From: a virus
Length of the DNA: 64,000 nt
Virus record (IMG/VR): IMGVR_UViG_3300042309_002578
Location: 74,384-138,383 of that record
Reading direction: 5' to 3' (one strand)
In this document: positions 51,699 through 62,934 of the stretch, one piece after another
Layout of the letters: every line of letters begins with the position of its first letter
Position numbering within the stretch: position 1 is the first letter of the stretch
Translations under genes and position numbers: made by a program
The notes under the pieces: generated by a model
What the model was told of the DNA's origin: nothing
The model's database searches: none
What the model saw: the letters and a program-made list of their open reading frames with translations, nothing else

Positions 51699-51764
51699 TG
51701 CGGTTAAAACCGCGCGTGTCGTTTCCCTCTCGGCACTAAAGTGACTGAGTTTCATACTTACCAG
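51699..51764 (-). mobile_element. IS200/IS605-type left-end remnant
   Basis: Minus strand TGGTAAGTATGAAACTCAGTCACTTTAGTGCCGAGAGGGAAACG..GCGGTTTTAACCGC, similar to 19457-19501. Confidence 0.55.
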
Positions 51765-51772
51765 GAGTTCTT

Positions 51773-53374
51773 GTGATATTTTCAAGTAAGCATCTTGAAG
51801 AAAAATTTAAAAACTTAGACACAGATGGTTTGACACCATTTGTGTCTGCTTTGGTTTTTGATATAGTAGATGAAAATTATGGGGGCGTAATTGAGAATTT
51901 AAATATAACCCATATAGAATTGCCAAATATTTCTGGATATTTTCACTCTCCAAGAGTAGGGAACAGGCGATTAAAAATAGATTTTTTAATCAATGGGAGC
52001 AACATAGTATTAACGCCACAAAACCTAGAAATAATTGACGACGATATAGAGAAAATATATCTTGCTGTAAGATCACTATCTTTTGGCAACATAAACAAAA
52101 CTAATTATCTTCCAATAGAATTCTTCAGTTTTGCTCAAAAGCAAATGAATTGCACAGTCGGGTGGTCTTGTAAGGGGCAAAATGGTTATGCTTGTCTGTC
52201 TAAATCAAAGAAAAATTGTAACAATGAGTTGAATCCAACTCACTCACAATATATGCAGTGGTTAGCAAAAAATGCTAGTGCCGAATCTGATTTATTTAAA
52301 GACTTAGAAAAAGCCGTAACTAAACCCGCAACTAAACCCGCAACTAAACCTGCAATTAAACCCACAACTAAACCTGCAACTAAACCTGCAACTAACCCCG
52401 CAACTAACCCCGCAACTAAACCTGCAACTAAATCTAAAGCAACAGTAAATTTACTTAGGAAAACAGGTAGAGGTGAGAAGTTGTTACAACCAGAAAATGA
52501 CGAAGATAAAAAATTGTTTAAGGATAATATAGACAAAGCAAGAAAAGAATTAAATTCTGAATTATCAGAAAATAAAGAAAAGTTAAAAAATAATCCAAAC
52601 AGCAAATATGCAACCAGGAAAATAAAAGAAATATCGGACAAACAAGATAGACTTGATGCCTACGAAAAGTCTGATAAAAACATCTCATTGCCGTCTGATT
52701 ACAGATTGTATAAAGTATCAGACATGGAATCAAAGGAGTATGAAGGTAGGCTTCTGTCTCAGCCAAACAGCAGGAGAGTGGTTGCGCTAAGTAGTGTTTC
52801 TGATGACTTACAGAAACAATACCCCAACATGACAAAAGCTGAATTAGCCTCTTTAAAAGTTTACACGCAAACAAGCTTTGATCACATGAACACGTATTTG
52901 CGAAATAACGAAGATTCTGAGGCTATTTATAAAATAGACATTATGAAATCTGCTGGAGAATATAGATCTAAGCATCAGCTAGAAAATGACACGATTGCCG
53001 ACATCAGGATGACGACATCCGCACTCAATAAATTGCCTGATTTTATTGGCACAGTTCTTCGAGGGACTAAAATGCCAAAAAATATGAGTAACTCAGATAT
53101 AGAAAATACGTACAAACCCGGTAGTATAATTACAGAAAAAAGTTTCACAAGTACATCTAGTTCCGGCGATCGCAAGTTTAGAGGAGAATTGCAGTATGTA
53201 ATTGAATCTAAAACAGGGAAAGATATATCAAATATTTCAGATAGTAGGCAAGAAAAAGAGGTTTTATTCAGACCAGGCACCAGTTTTAATGTGACTAGCT
53301 TTAAAAAATCTGATAGCGGGTATGAAATACACTTAAAAGAGGTTGACCCTGTAACTAAACCTGCAACCACCTGA
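51773..53374 (+). CDS. Effector A: shared leader + Cys4 motif + KPAT linker + VIP2/Alt-like ADP-ribosyltransferase
   Basis: VDENYGG leader; CTVGWSCKGQNGYACL..KKNC; ART YT...MN.YLR, VLRG, FTSTS, QEKEVLF (R-STS-ExE). Confidence 0.88.
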   Translation: MIFSSKHLEEKFKNLDTDGLTPFVSALVFDIVDENYGGVIENLNITHIELPNISGYFHSPRVGNRRLKIDFLINGSNIVLTPQNLEIIDDDIEKIYLAVRSLSFGNINKTNYLPIEFFSFAQKQMNCTVGWSCKGQNGYACLSKSKKNCNNELNPTHSQYMQWLAKNASAESDLFKDLEKAVTKPATKPATKPAIKPTTKPATKPATNPATNPATKPATKSKATVNLLRKTGRGEKLLQPENDEDKKLFKDNIDKARKELNSELSENKEKLKNNPNSKYATRKIKEISDKQDRLDAYEKSDKNISLPSDYRLYKVSDMESKEYEGRLLSQPNSRRVVALSSVSDDLQKQYPNMTKAELASLKVYTQTSFDHMNTYLRNNEDSEAIYKIDIMKSAGEYRSKHQLENDTIADIRMTTSALNKLPDFIGTVLRGTKMPKNMSNSDIENTYKPGSIITEKSFTSTSSSGDRKFRGELQYVIESKTGKDISNISDSRQEKEVLFRPGTSFNVTSFKKSDSGYEIHLKEVDPVTKPATT

Positions 53375-53532
53375 GTTCGACGTAAGAAAATCCGCTAGAA
53401 AGCAAGTGGGAAGAGAGTTAGAGAGTTAGAGACTTTTAGCCAAAGAAATTTTATTCTCAATAATTACTAATTATTGAGAAAAGTCTTACTATTACTCACT
53501 TTGAGCTTTTTAATTTAGGTCGAACTCAGGTG
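53368..53532. mobile_element. MITE with 14-bp terminal inverted repeats
   Basis: CACCTGAGTTCGAC ... GTCGAACTCAGGTG, 165 bp, no ORF; supplies the stop codon of effector A. Confidence 0.8.
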
Positions 53533-53781
53533 AATCCGCAGAAAATTTACTTAAAAAAACAGGGAAAACTCAATGAAAAACCAGAATAAATCAATAGAAA
53601 TTAATTCTTTTTTGCAAAGTCTTTATGAAGCGGAGCAAAATTTTACCCCAACGGTCAAACAAAAGCAAGAGAAATTGGTAGCCAACAAAACAAAGAAAAA
53701 TTAGGCACTGCAAGTAGTGTTTGACATTTTTGTTAAAACTTAGTGATAAAATAATTTTAATACACAACATCCTTTAAATAT

Positions 53782-54462
53782 ATGGCGAAGATTACAGAAG
53801 TAAACGACAACGAGCAAGAAATAGTGGCGACAAACATTTCTGAAAAAAATAAAGCCACTGCTCCCAACATTGAGTTGTTAAAATTTCAATTATCAAGTGG
53901 ACTGGACGCGGTTTTTAAGAAGCCTAACGCCGTTGATTTAATAGCAGCAGAAAAATTGCCAGGGGCTATATCTAGAACAGAGTCTGGCACTGGAATGACT
54001 ACGGCTATTTTTTATAGGGAAATCGGTAAAAGATGCTGCCTTTCTTGGGGAAAAGCAAAGAAAATACCGTCCGAGATTCGCAGTGGGGATGACTCGAAGC
54101 TGTCAGAGTTTTTCATGAAACTACTAAATGTAACCTATATTGAGTCAGGCAATTGCAGCATGGATGTCGAAGAAGAGGCAACAGAAAACGAAGCCGGAGA
54201 TAGATTTATCCCTAAAGAGGTCAAGCTTACAAATGGGGACACCGTGGTTTTTCGCCAGGTACTCAACAAAGATATTGAGCAAATAGAAAAAGTCAGTTCT
54301 ACTACTGCGATAACTAGCGTTGAGCAATATCTAAAGCTTGCTTGCCAAACAGTCACAAAGATTAATGGCAAGCCTACAAACTGGGCAGAAGTGCAAACAT
54401 ATTTTTATGAGCTTACAGGGGAGGACTATATCAGGGTTTATTTAACCCTGCGCTCGTTTTGA
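53782..54462 (+). CDS. Tail assembly chaperone (tandem domains)
   Basis: Two L..G..V.F/K....D repeats; first structural-type gene after the tube. Confidence 0.7.
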   Translation: MAKITEVNDNEQEIVATNISEKNKATAPNIELLKFQLSSGLDAVFKKPNAVDLIAAEKLPGAISRTESGTGMTTAIFYREIGKRCCLSWGKAKKIPSEIRSGDDSKLSEFFMKLLNVTYIESGNCSMDVEEEATENEAGDRFIPKEVKLTNGDTVVFRQVLNKDIEQIEKVSSTTAITSVEQYLKLACQTVTKINGKPTNWAEVQTYFYELTGEDYIRVYLTLRSF

Positions 54463-54718
54463 GTCCGAATGTGTTGCTTATTTTTTGAGTTCACGCGATC
54501 GCATTAGATTTAATAAAAATGAATGGCGCAAAGTTTTGAACCAAACGCCATTATTTATTAATTATGACAATTGGCTAGAGATAACTTTTCATCTTAATGG
54601 CGATAATTTTGCAAATTTAAAATACTGGCAAGAAATGTCATTTTTGAAGTGGCTAAAATTGCTTGCAGTTTACAACAAAATATCCAAAAAAATGGAGGAT
54701 AAAAATAATGAAAAATAG
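54458..54718 (+). CDS. Tail chaperone extension (gpT/E'-like), probably reached by +1 frameshift
   Basis: The +1 frame is open from 54446 across TTT-TGA with no ATG near its 5' end; WLEI..H..W.EM...W pattern. Confidence 0.55.
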   Translation, partial: FESECVAYFLSSRDRIRFNKNEWRKVLNQTPLFINYDNWLEITFHLNGDNFANLKYWQEMSFLKWLKLLAVYNKISKKMEDKNNEK

Positions 54719-55757
54719 CACGCTTGATTATGCGTCAGCTAAGAAAATAATACCCTTTTTTAACAAAAAACTTGGCATCGAGTATTTCCCAGGTGATAAA
54801 AGATTTGTGGGTACACCTCACGAAAGGGAGCTAAAAATTTGTTATGGGCATATCAGGGGATATGTTGGGGCGGACAAAGAAGCTCTTGATTGTTATGTTT
54901 CGCCCAGCTATATAGCAGACCCATCAAATGTTGGTCTGGTTTTTGAAATTGAGCAGCTTGACGGTGACGGAAATTTTGACGAGCATAAATACATGATTGG
55001 TTTTTTCACCGAATTAGAAGCCAAAGAAGCCTATTTAAGTGAAATGCCAGAGGATAGGTTTGGCGGAATCAAAGCAGTAGATACAGATCATATTGAAAAA
55101 AACAAGAGAAATTATGTTTTTTCGGAGCAAGATTTAAAAACTAGAATTAACGATAAATACAACTCATTAAGTGATACCGAAAAGCCCGATTTTATGGCAT
55201 CTATGGTTTATGAAATAGTTGATGAGAACTATGGAGGCAAGATACAAAATTTTAAGATTTTAGAGAAGCCAAAAGCTGGCTATATCATATCTGGAGGCTT
55301 TGAAACGCCACGTATGGGCGGTAAAAAACTAATAATGGGTTTTGATATAGATGATAGTAAAATCGTCTTAGCACCGCAGAATTTAGAGGTTTTAAACAAT
55401 AGCGAAAGCGGGTCTTTATATCTTTTGAGTCTGGGTTTAGTTAACTCTTTCTCAGAAAAAACCAACTACTATCCGATTGAGTTTTTCGACTTTGCACAAA
55501 AGCAGATGAATTGCACCGTTGGCTGGTCTTGTAAGGGTGAAAATGGTTATGCCTGTTTGTCTAAAATAAAGAAGAACTGTAACAACAATCTGAATCCTAA
55601 CCATAAAACATATATTAGCTGGCTAAAAGACCAAATAGGGAAAGGGGCTAAACTTCACAAGGGTCACATGGACGAAGCCAAGGCTCTTGGGATCATTAAG
55701 CCAACACCTACGAACAAACCTAATATTAAGCCAACACCTACGAACAAACCTAATTAA
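54708..55757 (+). CDS. Effector B 5' part: inorganic-pyrophosphatase-like domain + shared leader + Cys4 motif; frameshifted in its linker
   Basis: YGHIRG..GAD.EALDCYV and FDEHKYMIGF....AKEAYL; VDENYGG; the stop arises from a 2-bp deletion in a 30-bp repeat. Confidence 0.8.
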   Translation: MKNSTLDYASAKKIIPFFNKKLGIEYFPGDKRFVGTPHERELKICYGHIRGYVGADKEALDCYVSPSYIADPSNVGLVFEIEQLDGDGNFDEHKYMIGFFTELEAKEAYLSEMPEDRFGGIKAVDTDHIEKNKRNYVFSEQDLKTRINDKYNSLSDTEKPDFMASMVYEIVDENYGGKIQNFKILEKPKAGYIISGGFETPRMGGKKLIMGFDIDDSKIVLAPQNLEVLNNSESGSLYLLSLGLVNSFSEKTNYYPIEFFDFAQKQMNCTVGWSCKGENGYACLSKIKKNCNNNLNPNHKTYISWLKDQIGKGAKLHKGHMDEAKALGIIKPTPTNKPNIKPTPTNKPN

Positions 55758-56375
55758 GCCAACGCCTACGAACAAACCTAATATTAAGCCAACGCCTACT
55801 AATAAACCTAATATTAAGCCAACACCTACGAATAAACCTGATATTAATCCAACATCTACGAATAAACCTGATATTAATCCAACATCTACGAATAAACCTG
55901 ATATTAATCCAACATCTACGGTTAAACCGGACATCTACGGTTAAACCGGACGACAACCCCGCACCTAAATCACCCCAAAACAATGGTAAATTCCCAGATA
56001 ATTTAGACAGTCTTGTTGTTGTCAAAAAACTTGGTGGTACAACAGGCGCAAAGCTAGTTAAAGACCCCGCAACTAGTAAACAGTATGTGATGAAAAATGG
56101 CAACAGTCCAGAGCATTTGGAAAATGAGGCGATCGCAGATAGTGCATACCAAGCTCTAGGCATCAACGTCCCTAATCACAAAGTCTACAAAGATGCCAGC
56201 GGTAAGCCCACGAAGCTTGCTGAATATATAGAAGGCAGGGATAGAGTGTTTGGGACATATTTTAATAGCACCGACCCAGGAAGCGACAGAACTCCATTTT
56301 TTGATGATAATGAAAATGAGTTTTTAGTAATGCTTGAAGGTATTAAATCTAAGCACATATCCTCAAGAGCCAAAA
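55694..56375 (+). pseudogene. Effector B 3' part: IKPTPTNKPN repeats + internally deleted kinase/ART paralog of effector C
   Basis: Two frameshifts (about 55752, and a 19-bp duplication at about 55913-55950); KFPDNLD..AEYIEGRD is joined directly to RVFG..ENEF..KSKHISS, i.e. the two ends of effector C. Confidence 0.8.
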
Positions 56376-56402
56376 AAGCAATACTGATTAAATCGCAATT
56401 CG

Positions 56403-56786
56403 TTATTTGGTTAATTTTCCTGCCTCTTTTGTTATTTCCCCCAAATCTTTTTTAATTTCATTCCACTGCTTAACGTGTTCTTCATTTTGATATTTTTCTG
56501 ATATTTCTATTGGCAGTTTTGTTGATTTCAAAAATAATGCCCAAAAAATCCCAAAAAGTTTGCTGTCTGGTTCGTGTTGACCCTTAGCAAGATCCCGCTG
56601 AATAAAAAATAGTGTTGGCAACAAGTCTTCGTCTTTTATTTCTTTTCCGTCCATCAATTGTTGGTAATTTTTGTAATCACTAAAGTCTTTGTTGTCTTCT
56701 CTGTACGTATAGCCGTCAAATCTTAGAGCAAATATGGTAACGGCTTCAAATAAATCTGTAAAATCAGAATAATCTAGGTTTTGCAT
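56403..56786 (-). CDS. Small convergent partner protein (candidate inhibitor/immunity)
   Basis: 127-aa ORF duplicated together with the kinase/ART gene. Confidence 0.75.
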   Translation of the reverse strand: MQNLDYSDFTDLFEAVTIFALRFDGYTYREDNKDFSDYKNYQQLMDGKEIKDEDLLPTLFFIQRDLAKGQHEPDSKLFGIFWALFLKSTKLPIEISEKYQNEEHVKQWNEIKKDLGEITKEAGKLTK

Positions 56787-56931
56787 TTTATTTCTTTTTT
56801 ATTTGTCTTTTTATTGTACTGTTTTGTAGACAAAAAACAAACATAAATAAATAGCAATTTAAAAACATGATACAATAACTATATTATCTCTGCTTAACTT
56901 ACTGTATACAGTCATTTATTTAAACAAGAAT

Positions 56932-58785
56932 ATGAAAAATCTAGATGTTTTAAATCAAAGCGAAAATGAATCTTTGTGCTTTTTGAGCTTAGGACTAGTT
57001 AGTTCTTTTTCGGAAAAAACAAATTATTATCCGATAGAATTTTTTAAGTTTGCTGAAAAGCGGATGAACTGCACTATTGGGTGGTCTTGTAAAGGCGAAA
57101 ACGGATATGCTTGCTTGTCTCGTGCTAAAAAAAATTGCTTCAGTAGCTTGAGTCAAAATCATGTCACTTATATTGACTGGCTAAAAGATCAAAAGAATAA
57201 AAATAAAGCCATAGTTAAGCCAGCGGACAAGCCAGAATTTAAAAACAATAGCAAGTTCCCAGACAATTTAGATAATCTTGTCGTTGTCAAAAAACTTGGT
57301 GGCACGACAGGCGCACAACTCGTCAAAGATCCTGTGACTGGCAAGCAGTATGTGATGAAAAATGGCAGCAGTCCAGAGCATTTGGAAAATGAGGCGATCG
57401 CAGATAGTGCATACCAAGCTCTAGGCATCAACGTCCCTAATCACAAAGTTTACAAAGATGCCAGCGGTAAGCCAACGAAGCTTGCTGAATATGTAGAAGG
57501 CAGGGATTTAGCCGAGATAAATAAAAACGGGACACAACAAGAAAAAGACTTAATCAAGAGCGAGATTAAAAAACATTTTGCTGCGGATGCACTTTTGGGT
57601 AATTGGGATGTTGTTGGACTAGAAAAAGACAACATTATGCTTGGCAACGATGGCAAGGTTTACCGGATAGACAATGGCGGTTCTCTTGGTTATCGAGCGC
57701 AGGGTGCTAAAAAAGATTCTAAATTTTGGAACAAATACCCGCTGGATTTATGGAGCATGAAAGATACAAAAGTGAACCCAGATGGTGCAGAATATTTTGG
57801 TAAATTAACACACAAAGAGGTAGTAACCCAAATAAATGATTTGGTTAGCAAGAAAGACAACCTTAATGGCATTTTCAGCAAAGAAGATCAAGAAATAATA
57901 GGTAGTAGACTTGATGAAATGAAGCGAGTCGCAGACATCAGCAAGACTCTAGATGACGACAAATGGAATGATGATTATATCGGCAACTTTACAAGACACA
58001 CTGTAGGAATAAGAGCAGCAGGAATTACAGAAAAATTCCCGAAAGAATTTAAACAAAAATCAAAAGACTTTGACTCCGCAGATTTTACAAAAGTTGTTGA
58101 TGAAAATGACAAAGAATTTGATAATTTGCGCGGCTCGGACTCAACAATGTACGATTTTCAGAAGTATGTGAACAATGATAGTGGTGGTGGCGATTATGGT
58201 ATCTTAGAAAGCTGGATGGCTGGACAAGGAAATACGTCTTGGGGAAGATACCCAAGAGCAGCGAAGTATTTTATGTCAAAACAAAGAAATGTTCCTCCCG
58301 AAGATTTGTATTGGAAGGGCAAATTTAGTCGTGCTATTTCAGAGAACCAATATAAAGCTGTTTCGGAAAATCAGAAAAAGGGACATACAAAAGAGATATA
58401 TAATAACACTTTGACGGCGTATCACGCATTTACTTATGAGATGCTGTCAAAAACTGATTTTCCCAACAAAAACAAAGATGGCACTATAACTTTACTTCGC
58501 ACAGAGGGCAAAAATGTTACAGACATCTATAACTCAAAAGTTGGAGACGACAACTCATATATAAAACGTGGCTCAATGGAATCTACGTCCATATTCAAAG
58601 AAGTATATGTCGCTAGTACAACAGAGCTAACTTCGCAGGTTGTGCCAATTCATAGGGTATTCGGCGCATATTTTCACGAAGCTATCCCAGGAAGCGGAAA
58701 AACACCATTTTATGGCGACAAGGAAAATGAGTTTGTGGTAATGCTTGAAGGAATTAAATCCAAGCATATATCTTCAAAGGCGTAA
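56932..58785 (+). CDS. Effector C: partial leader + Cys4 motif + PI3/4-kinase/HipA-like domain + probable ART domain
   Basis: KLGGTTGA..YVMK..ENE, DALLGNWD..DN, RIDNGGSL; C-terminus LLRTE..ESTS..ENEF. Confidence 0.8.
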   Translation: MKNLDVLNQSENESLCFLSLGLVSSFSEKTNYYPIEFFKFAEKRMNCTIGWSCKGENGYACLSRAKKNCFSSLSQNHVTYIDWLKDQKNKNKAIVKPADKPEFKNNSKFPDNLDNLVVVKKLGGTTGAQLVKDPVTGKQYVMKNGSSPEHLENEAIADSAYQALGINVPNHKVYKDASGKPTKLAEYVEGRDLAEINKNGTQQEKDLIKSEIKKHFAADALLGNWDVVGLEKDNIMLGNDGKVYRIDNGGSLGYRAQGAKKDSKFWNKYPLDLWSMKDTKVNPDGAEYFGKLTHKEVVTQINDLVSKKDNLNGIFSKEDQEIIGSRLDEMKRVADISKTLDDDKWNDDYIGNFTRHTVGIRAAGITEKFPKEFKQKSKDFDSADFTKVVDENDKEFDNLRGSDSTMYDFQKYVNNDSGGGDYGILESWMAGQGNTSWGRYPRAAKYFMSKQRNVPPEDLYWKGKFSRAISENQYKAVSENQKKGHTKEIYNNTLTAYHAFTYEMLSKTDFPNKNKDGTITLLRTEGKNVTDIYNSKVGDDNSYIKRGSMESTSIFKEVYVASTTELTSQVVPIHRVFGAYFHEAIPGSGKTPFYGDKENEFVVMLEGIKSKHISSKA

Positions 58786-58825
58786 TTTATTTGACTGTTT
58801 TTTAATCTAGGATATCTACTTTATC

Positions 58826-59201
58826 TCCCTATTTGGCTAATTTTCCCGCCTCTTTTGTTATTTCACCCAAGTCTTTTTTAATTTCATTCCGTTGTTTGAT
58901 GTATTTTTCGTTTTGATATTTTTCTGGTATTTCTGCTGTTAGTTTTATTGATTTCAGAAATATTGTCCAGAACCCTTTAAAAAGTTTGGCTTCACGTTGA
59001 CCTTTGGCTAGATCCCGCTGAAGGAAAATAGTGTTGGCAACGACTCTTCGTCTTTTATTTCTTCGCCATCCATCAATTCTTTGTATTTTTTATAGTCATC
59101 AAACCCTTCTTCTTTCCTGTATTTATATCCATCAAGTCTCAAGGCGTACATAGTCGCCGCTTCAAATAAATCTGTGGTATCAGAGTAATTTAATTTCCCA
59201 T
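58826..59201 (-). pseudogene. Frameshifted paralog of 56403-56786
   Basis: Reads YSDTTDLFEAATMYALRLDGYKY..KDEESLPTLF, with frameshifts after the ATG and near 59025. Confidence 0.8.
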
Positions 59202-59450
59202 TTTATTTTGTTTAATTTTTTCTTTTCTTCTTGCATTTATAATACTATTTTTAAGCAAAAAAGCAAGCATTAAAATCACTTTTTAGTAATACAAATTACG
59301 TAGACAAATTTAATAATACCGACATAAATACAGAATAAGGAAATTTTATGTTGCAATTTGCTGTTATTAACGGCGACAAAAACAAATGGGTATGATACAA
59401 TTTTGTAAATATACTTTACTTAAATAGCAGACAATACATTTATAAGCGCA

Positions 59451-62408
59451 ATGAAAAACGTAATTACACAAGACTCAATTACCAGCAAATACAACTCTTT
59501 GAATAGCAAGTCAGAAAAATTAAGATTCATGCAAAAAATGGTCTACGAAATGGTAGACGAAAACTATGGTGGCAAAATAGAAAATTTTAATATTTTGGAA
59601 AAACCTAACCCTGGACACATAATATCTGGCTTTTTTGAAACTCCGCGTATGGGAGGAAAAAGACTGATAATGGGCTTTGATATTGACAAAGACAAAATTG
59701 TCTTAGCACCTCAAAATATAGATGTTTTAAGTCACTCCGAAGAGAGTGAGACATATTATGTGACAATGAAAATGGCTCTGGAATTTTCAGAAAAAGTTAA
59801 CTATTTACCCCTAGAATTTTTCAACTTTGCTCAAAAGCAAATGAATTGCACAAAGGGCTGGTCTTGTAAAGGTCCGAATGGTTTTGCCTGTTTGTCTCAA
59901 AACAAGAAAAACTGTAACAATGCTCTTAATCCTGCTCACGCAACTTATGCCGGATGGCTTGCAAATCAAATAAACACAGGAGCTAGTTTACATAGTTCAC
60001 ACATGGCAAACGCATCAACGCTTGGCATAACCAAAACTACCCCTGCCCCAGCACCTGCCCCAACACCTGCCCCAACACCTGCCCCAACGCCAGCCCCAAC
60101 ACCTGCCCCAACACCTGCCCCAACGCCAGCCCCAACACCTGCCCCAACACCTGCCCCAACATCAACTATTGGAACAAAAATTAATGCTTTAAAAAGCAAA
60201 ATTCTTGGGAAAAAGAATCCTAATAAAAACCCAACGAATGGAAAAGGGCTTGTTGATACAAGGAACGAACTGATACAAAATGCGGGACAAAAAGCAGTAG
60301 AAGATGCTGAAAATAATGTCAAAAAAATACTAGATTCAAATGATACGCAGCCATTTATCAGAGTTGGAGAAATCCAGACACTAGAACTTATTTTGGGTTC
60401 TGAATTTAAAAATGCTCACCAGCTTGGTAAAACTACTCACAATATTCCAGATTTACTTGACACAAATTATTTGACTGCGCGGAGTCGTGTTGAAAAACTT
60501 ATTAATGGCATACCAACAAATACTTCTGGTACAGATCGACCTATTTCTGCATACTTGGGAAGCAATGATTTAAATGGCAAATCTCACCAAGATATAGCCA
60601 AGGTCTACGGTTCAATTTCTGTGAAATTGAAAAAAGATGCCGTTAAAGACAGAATGACATTTACTGCAAGCGACTCGTTTAGGTCTGGGTATGCAAGCGA
60701 TGTCACAAATAATGGTAATCCTCCACCACCAGATGCTTCTAGTTTGATCCCTATGACAAGGCATGGGTATAAGCGAGATAAGCTTTTGTCCCATGTTTCG
60801 ACTGGGGACGATAAGGATATTTTAGAGAAAGCCGCAAAAGCCAAAAATATTGATGATTTGTCAAGAATTACAGACGGTACTTCGGCGGGTGCAGGTAAAA
60901 AATATGTTGAAGCCCAGGTTCACGGTGGTGTAAAACCCTCAGATATTGCCGAGATTCATTTTGCACCCAAAAATAATACAGATCAGCCAACTCCTGCGAT
61001 CGCCACATGGGCAAAGAAAAATGGTGTCGACATATTTATCAATGGTAAAAAAGCTGATTTAGACAAAATAATTAAAGCACCTCCAGCAACAAACCCACAC
61101 CAAAACATTGCAGACGCGATTAAAAATGGAGACATAGATGCTCTTGGCACGTTCGCCGAAAAACTAGAAAAAGAGACTGAAGCCTTAGTTACGGCGCATA
61201 ATAGTAACCCAAATAATGTCAAACTTGCCAGCAAAAACGACACAATTGCATACACTTTGGCTGAGAAGCGTGGGTTTAACACCAAGCCACAAATTGGTAC
61301 TGTAGCTGAAATTGATAATATTGCCCAAAATGGCGGAACTTTAACATTCAGGGGGATGGGTTCTCAAAAAAGATTTGACACATTTAAAAATGGCGACAAT
61401 TTTCTAGCTACAGGCGCAGATGGAAACAATATGTATGGAAGTGGTATATATGTCGCTTCCCTTTTTGATCCGTCTCCAACTGGGAGTAAGGCTCAAGCCG
61501 CACACGCAGTGCTTTATGGAAACAAATACTCCAATCCCGGTGCTTCACCCACTGACAGCGCAACCGCAAGAATGGTAACGAGCGCAGACTTCAAGTGGGG
61601 AGACCATAAAAAGAACAAGCAAGATGTAGTAAAACTTGAGTCGCAACTTGAAAAATGGCTTGCACAAAAGGAAAACGATGCAAAAACGCAATATCCTGCG
61701 GGTGCGGCTGGCGCGGCAAATTTTAGTCCACTCACAGAGAGCCAGTTGAAGGCAGACCCAGCGCACTCTTTACTACACAGCACTATAAGGAACAATATCT
61801 CTAATACATTTAACTCTAAGTTAACTGTCACGCCTACAAAAACAAAAATAGCATCATCTCCAACAGGAAATGAAAGGTACGAAATCGAATTCAACAAAAA
61901 ACAAAGTAAATCTGCTCAACAATTTTTTAACACCAAAATCAATGGACTGTTTTATGATTTAACCCCACCTAAGTTCACGATTGAAAAAGTTGGGAATGGA
62001 AAATATGAGTACACCAGAAGAGATGGCTTAAAAGTAGTTCAAAGCTACAAGGATACTATAGCCGAGGCAAAAAATGATCACTCTTATATAGAGGCAGTTA
62101 GGGCGCACAACGAGTATTTGAAAGCTACGTTAGGTATGTCTCCTGTCTCGCCACAAGCTCAAAAAATAATCAATCAAGCAAGAGAAACTCATGACAGAAT
62201 TAGAGACGTTTTCATAGGTGATATTACCTATAGCAATAAAACATCTGGTAGGCTGGCTCTCATTCAAGGTTATGATGGGTTAAGACTAGACGAAAGTTAT
62301 CAGCCAAACAATTTCGGGCTTGTTTTTAACAGAGGCAAAATGACCGTTCAAAATGATCAGATGGATAACAACAATTTAGACAAAGAAGCGAGAGGAACTT
62401 TGAAATAA
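59451..62408 (+). CDS. Effector D: shared leader + Cys4 motif + (PAPT)n + DUF3626-like domain + PARP-like ART domain
   Basis: VDENYGG; [24 protein letters not shown]; then TFRG, MYGSGIY, GYDG, LVFNR. Confidence 0.75.
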   Translation: MKNVITQDSITSKYNSLNSKSEKLRFMQKMVYEMVDENYGGKIENFNILEKPNPGHIISGFFETPRMGGKRLIMGFDIDKDKIVLAPQNIDVLSHSEESETYYVTMKMALEFSEKVNYLPLEFFNFAQKQMNCTKGWSCKGPNGFACLSQNKKNCNNALNPAHATYAGWLANQINTGASLHSSHMANASTLGITKTTPAPAPAPTPAPTPAPTPAPTPAPTPAPTPAPTPAPTPAPTSTIGTKINALKSKILGKKNPNKNPTNGKGLVDTRNELIQNAGQKAVEDAENNVKKILDSNDTQPFIRVGEIQTLELILGSEFKNAHQLGKTTHNIPDLLDTNYLTARSRVEKLINGIPTNTSGTDRPISAYLGSNDLNGKSHQDIAKVYGSISVKLKKDAVKDRMTFTASDSFRSGYASDVTNNGNPPPPDASSLIPMTRHGYKRDKLLSHVSTGDDKDILEKAAKAKNIDDLSRITDGTSAGAGKKYVEAQVHGGVKPSDIAEIHFAPKNNTDQPTPAIATWAKKNGVDIFINGKKADLDKIIKAPPATNPHQNIADAIKNGDIDALGTFAEKLEKETEALVTAHNSNPNNVKLASKNDTIAYTLAEKRGFNTKPQIGTVAEIDNIAQNGGTLTFRGMGSQKRFDTFKNGDNFLATGADGNNMYGSGIYVASLFDPSPTGSKAQAAHAVLYGNKYSNPGASPTDSATARMVTSADFKWGDHKKNKQDVVKLESQLEKWLAQKENDAKTQYPAGAAGAANFSPLTESQLKADPAHSLLHSTIRNNISNTFNSKLTVTPTKTKIASSPTGNERYEIEFNKKQSKSAQQFFNTKINGLFYDLTPPKFTIEKVGNGKYEYTRRDGLKVVQSYKDTIAEAKNDHSYIEAVRAHNEYLKATLGMSPVSPQAQKIINQARETHDRIRDVFIGDITYSNKTSGRLALIQGYDGLRLDESYQPNNFGLVFNRGKMTVQNDQMDNNNLDKEARGTLK

Positions 62409-62455
62409 TCAGACGAGGAACAAATTAGGCAAACAAACAAAAGGAACTTTATAGC

Positions 62456-62806
62456 ATGACCACCGAACTTGGAATTGACAAAACTTTGTCCAAATTATTT
62501 CCACAATGCAGCGGTTCTGCGTGGGAAATGTACATGACAGGGCTAAATGGCGGAAAGAGCCAATACGAATATGAGTTTTCTAAGGCACTAAAAGATCACA
62601 CTTACGAAAATCTTAACGAAGACACTAAACAGTATATAGCAAATTGTCAGGAATCTAATAGAATAGCCAAAGAAAAAGGCATTAACTTGAGAAAGACTGT
62701 AGATAAAGATGTTATGGATAGGCAGATTCGTGAAATTTGTAGTGAAGTAACAAAAAATCTACCTGATGCAAGGACAGAAGACGAGAAGAAAGTTGTTTTT
62801 GATTAG
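62456..62806 (+). CDS. Small protein downstream of effector D
   Basis: AAGGAA RBS; 116 aa; hairpin at 62845-62891. Confidence 0.7.
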   Translation: MTTELGIDKTLSKLFPQCSGSAWEMYMTGLNGGKSQYEYEFSKALKDHTYENLNEDTKQYIANCQESNRIAKEKGINLRKTVDKDVMDRQIREICSEVTKNLPDARTEDEKKVVFD

Positions 62807-62934
62807 ACTTCAGATAATGTTGGCTATTCTGTTTTGCTTTTGTGTTATTCAGTAGTTATTATCCTCTATATTATGATAACTACTGAATAACGCAAAGTTA
62901 GGTAGTAAAATAAAAGTAACTAAAAACAAAAAAA

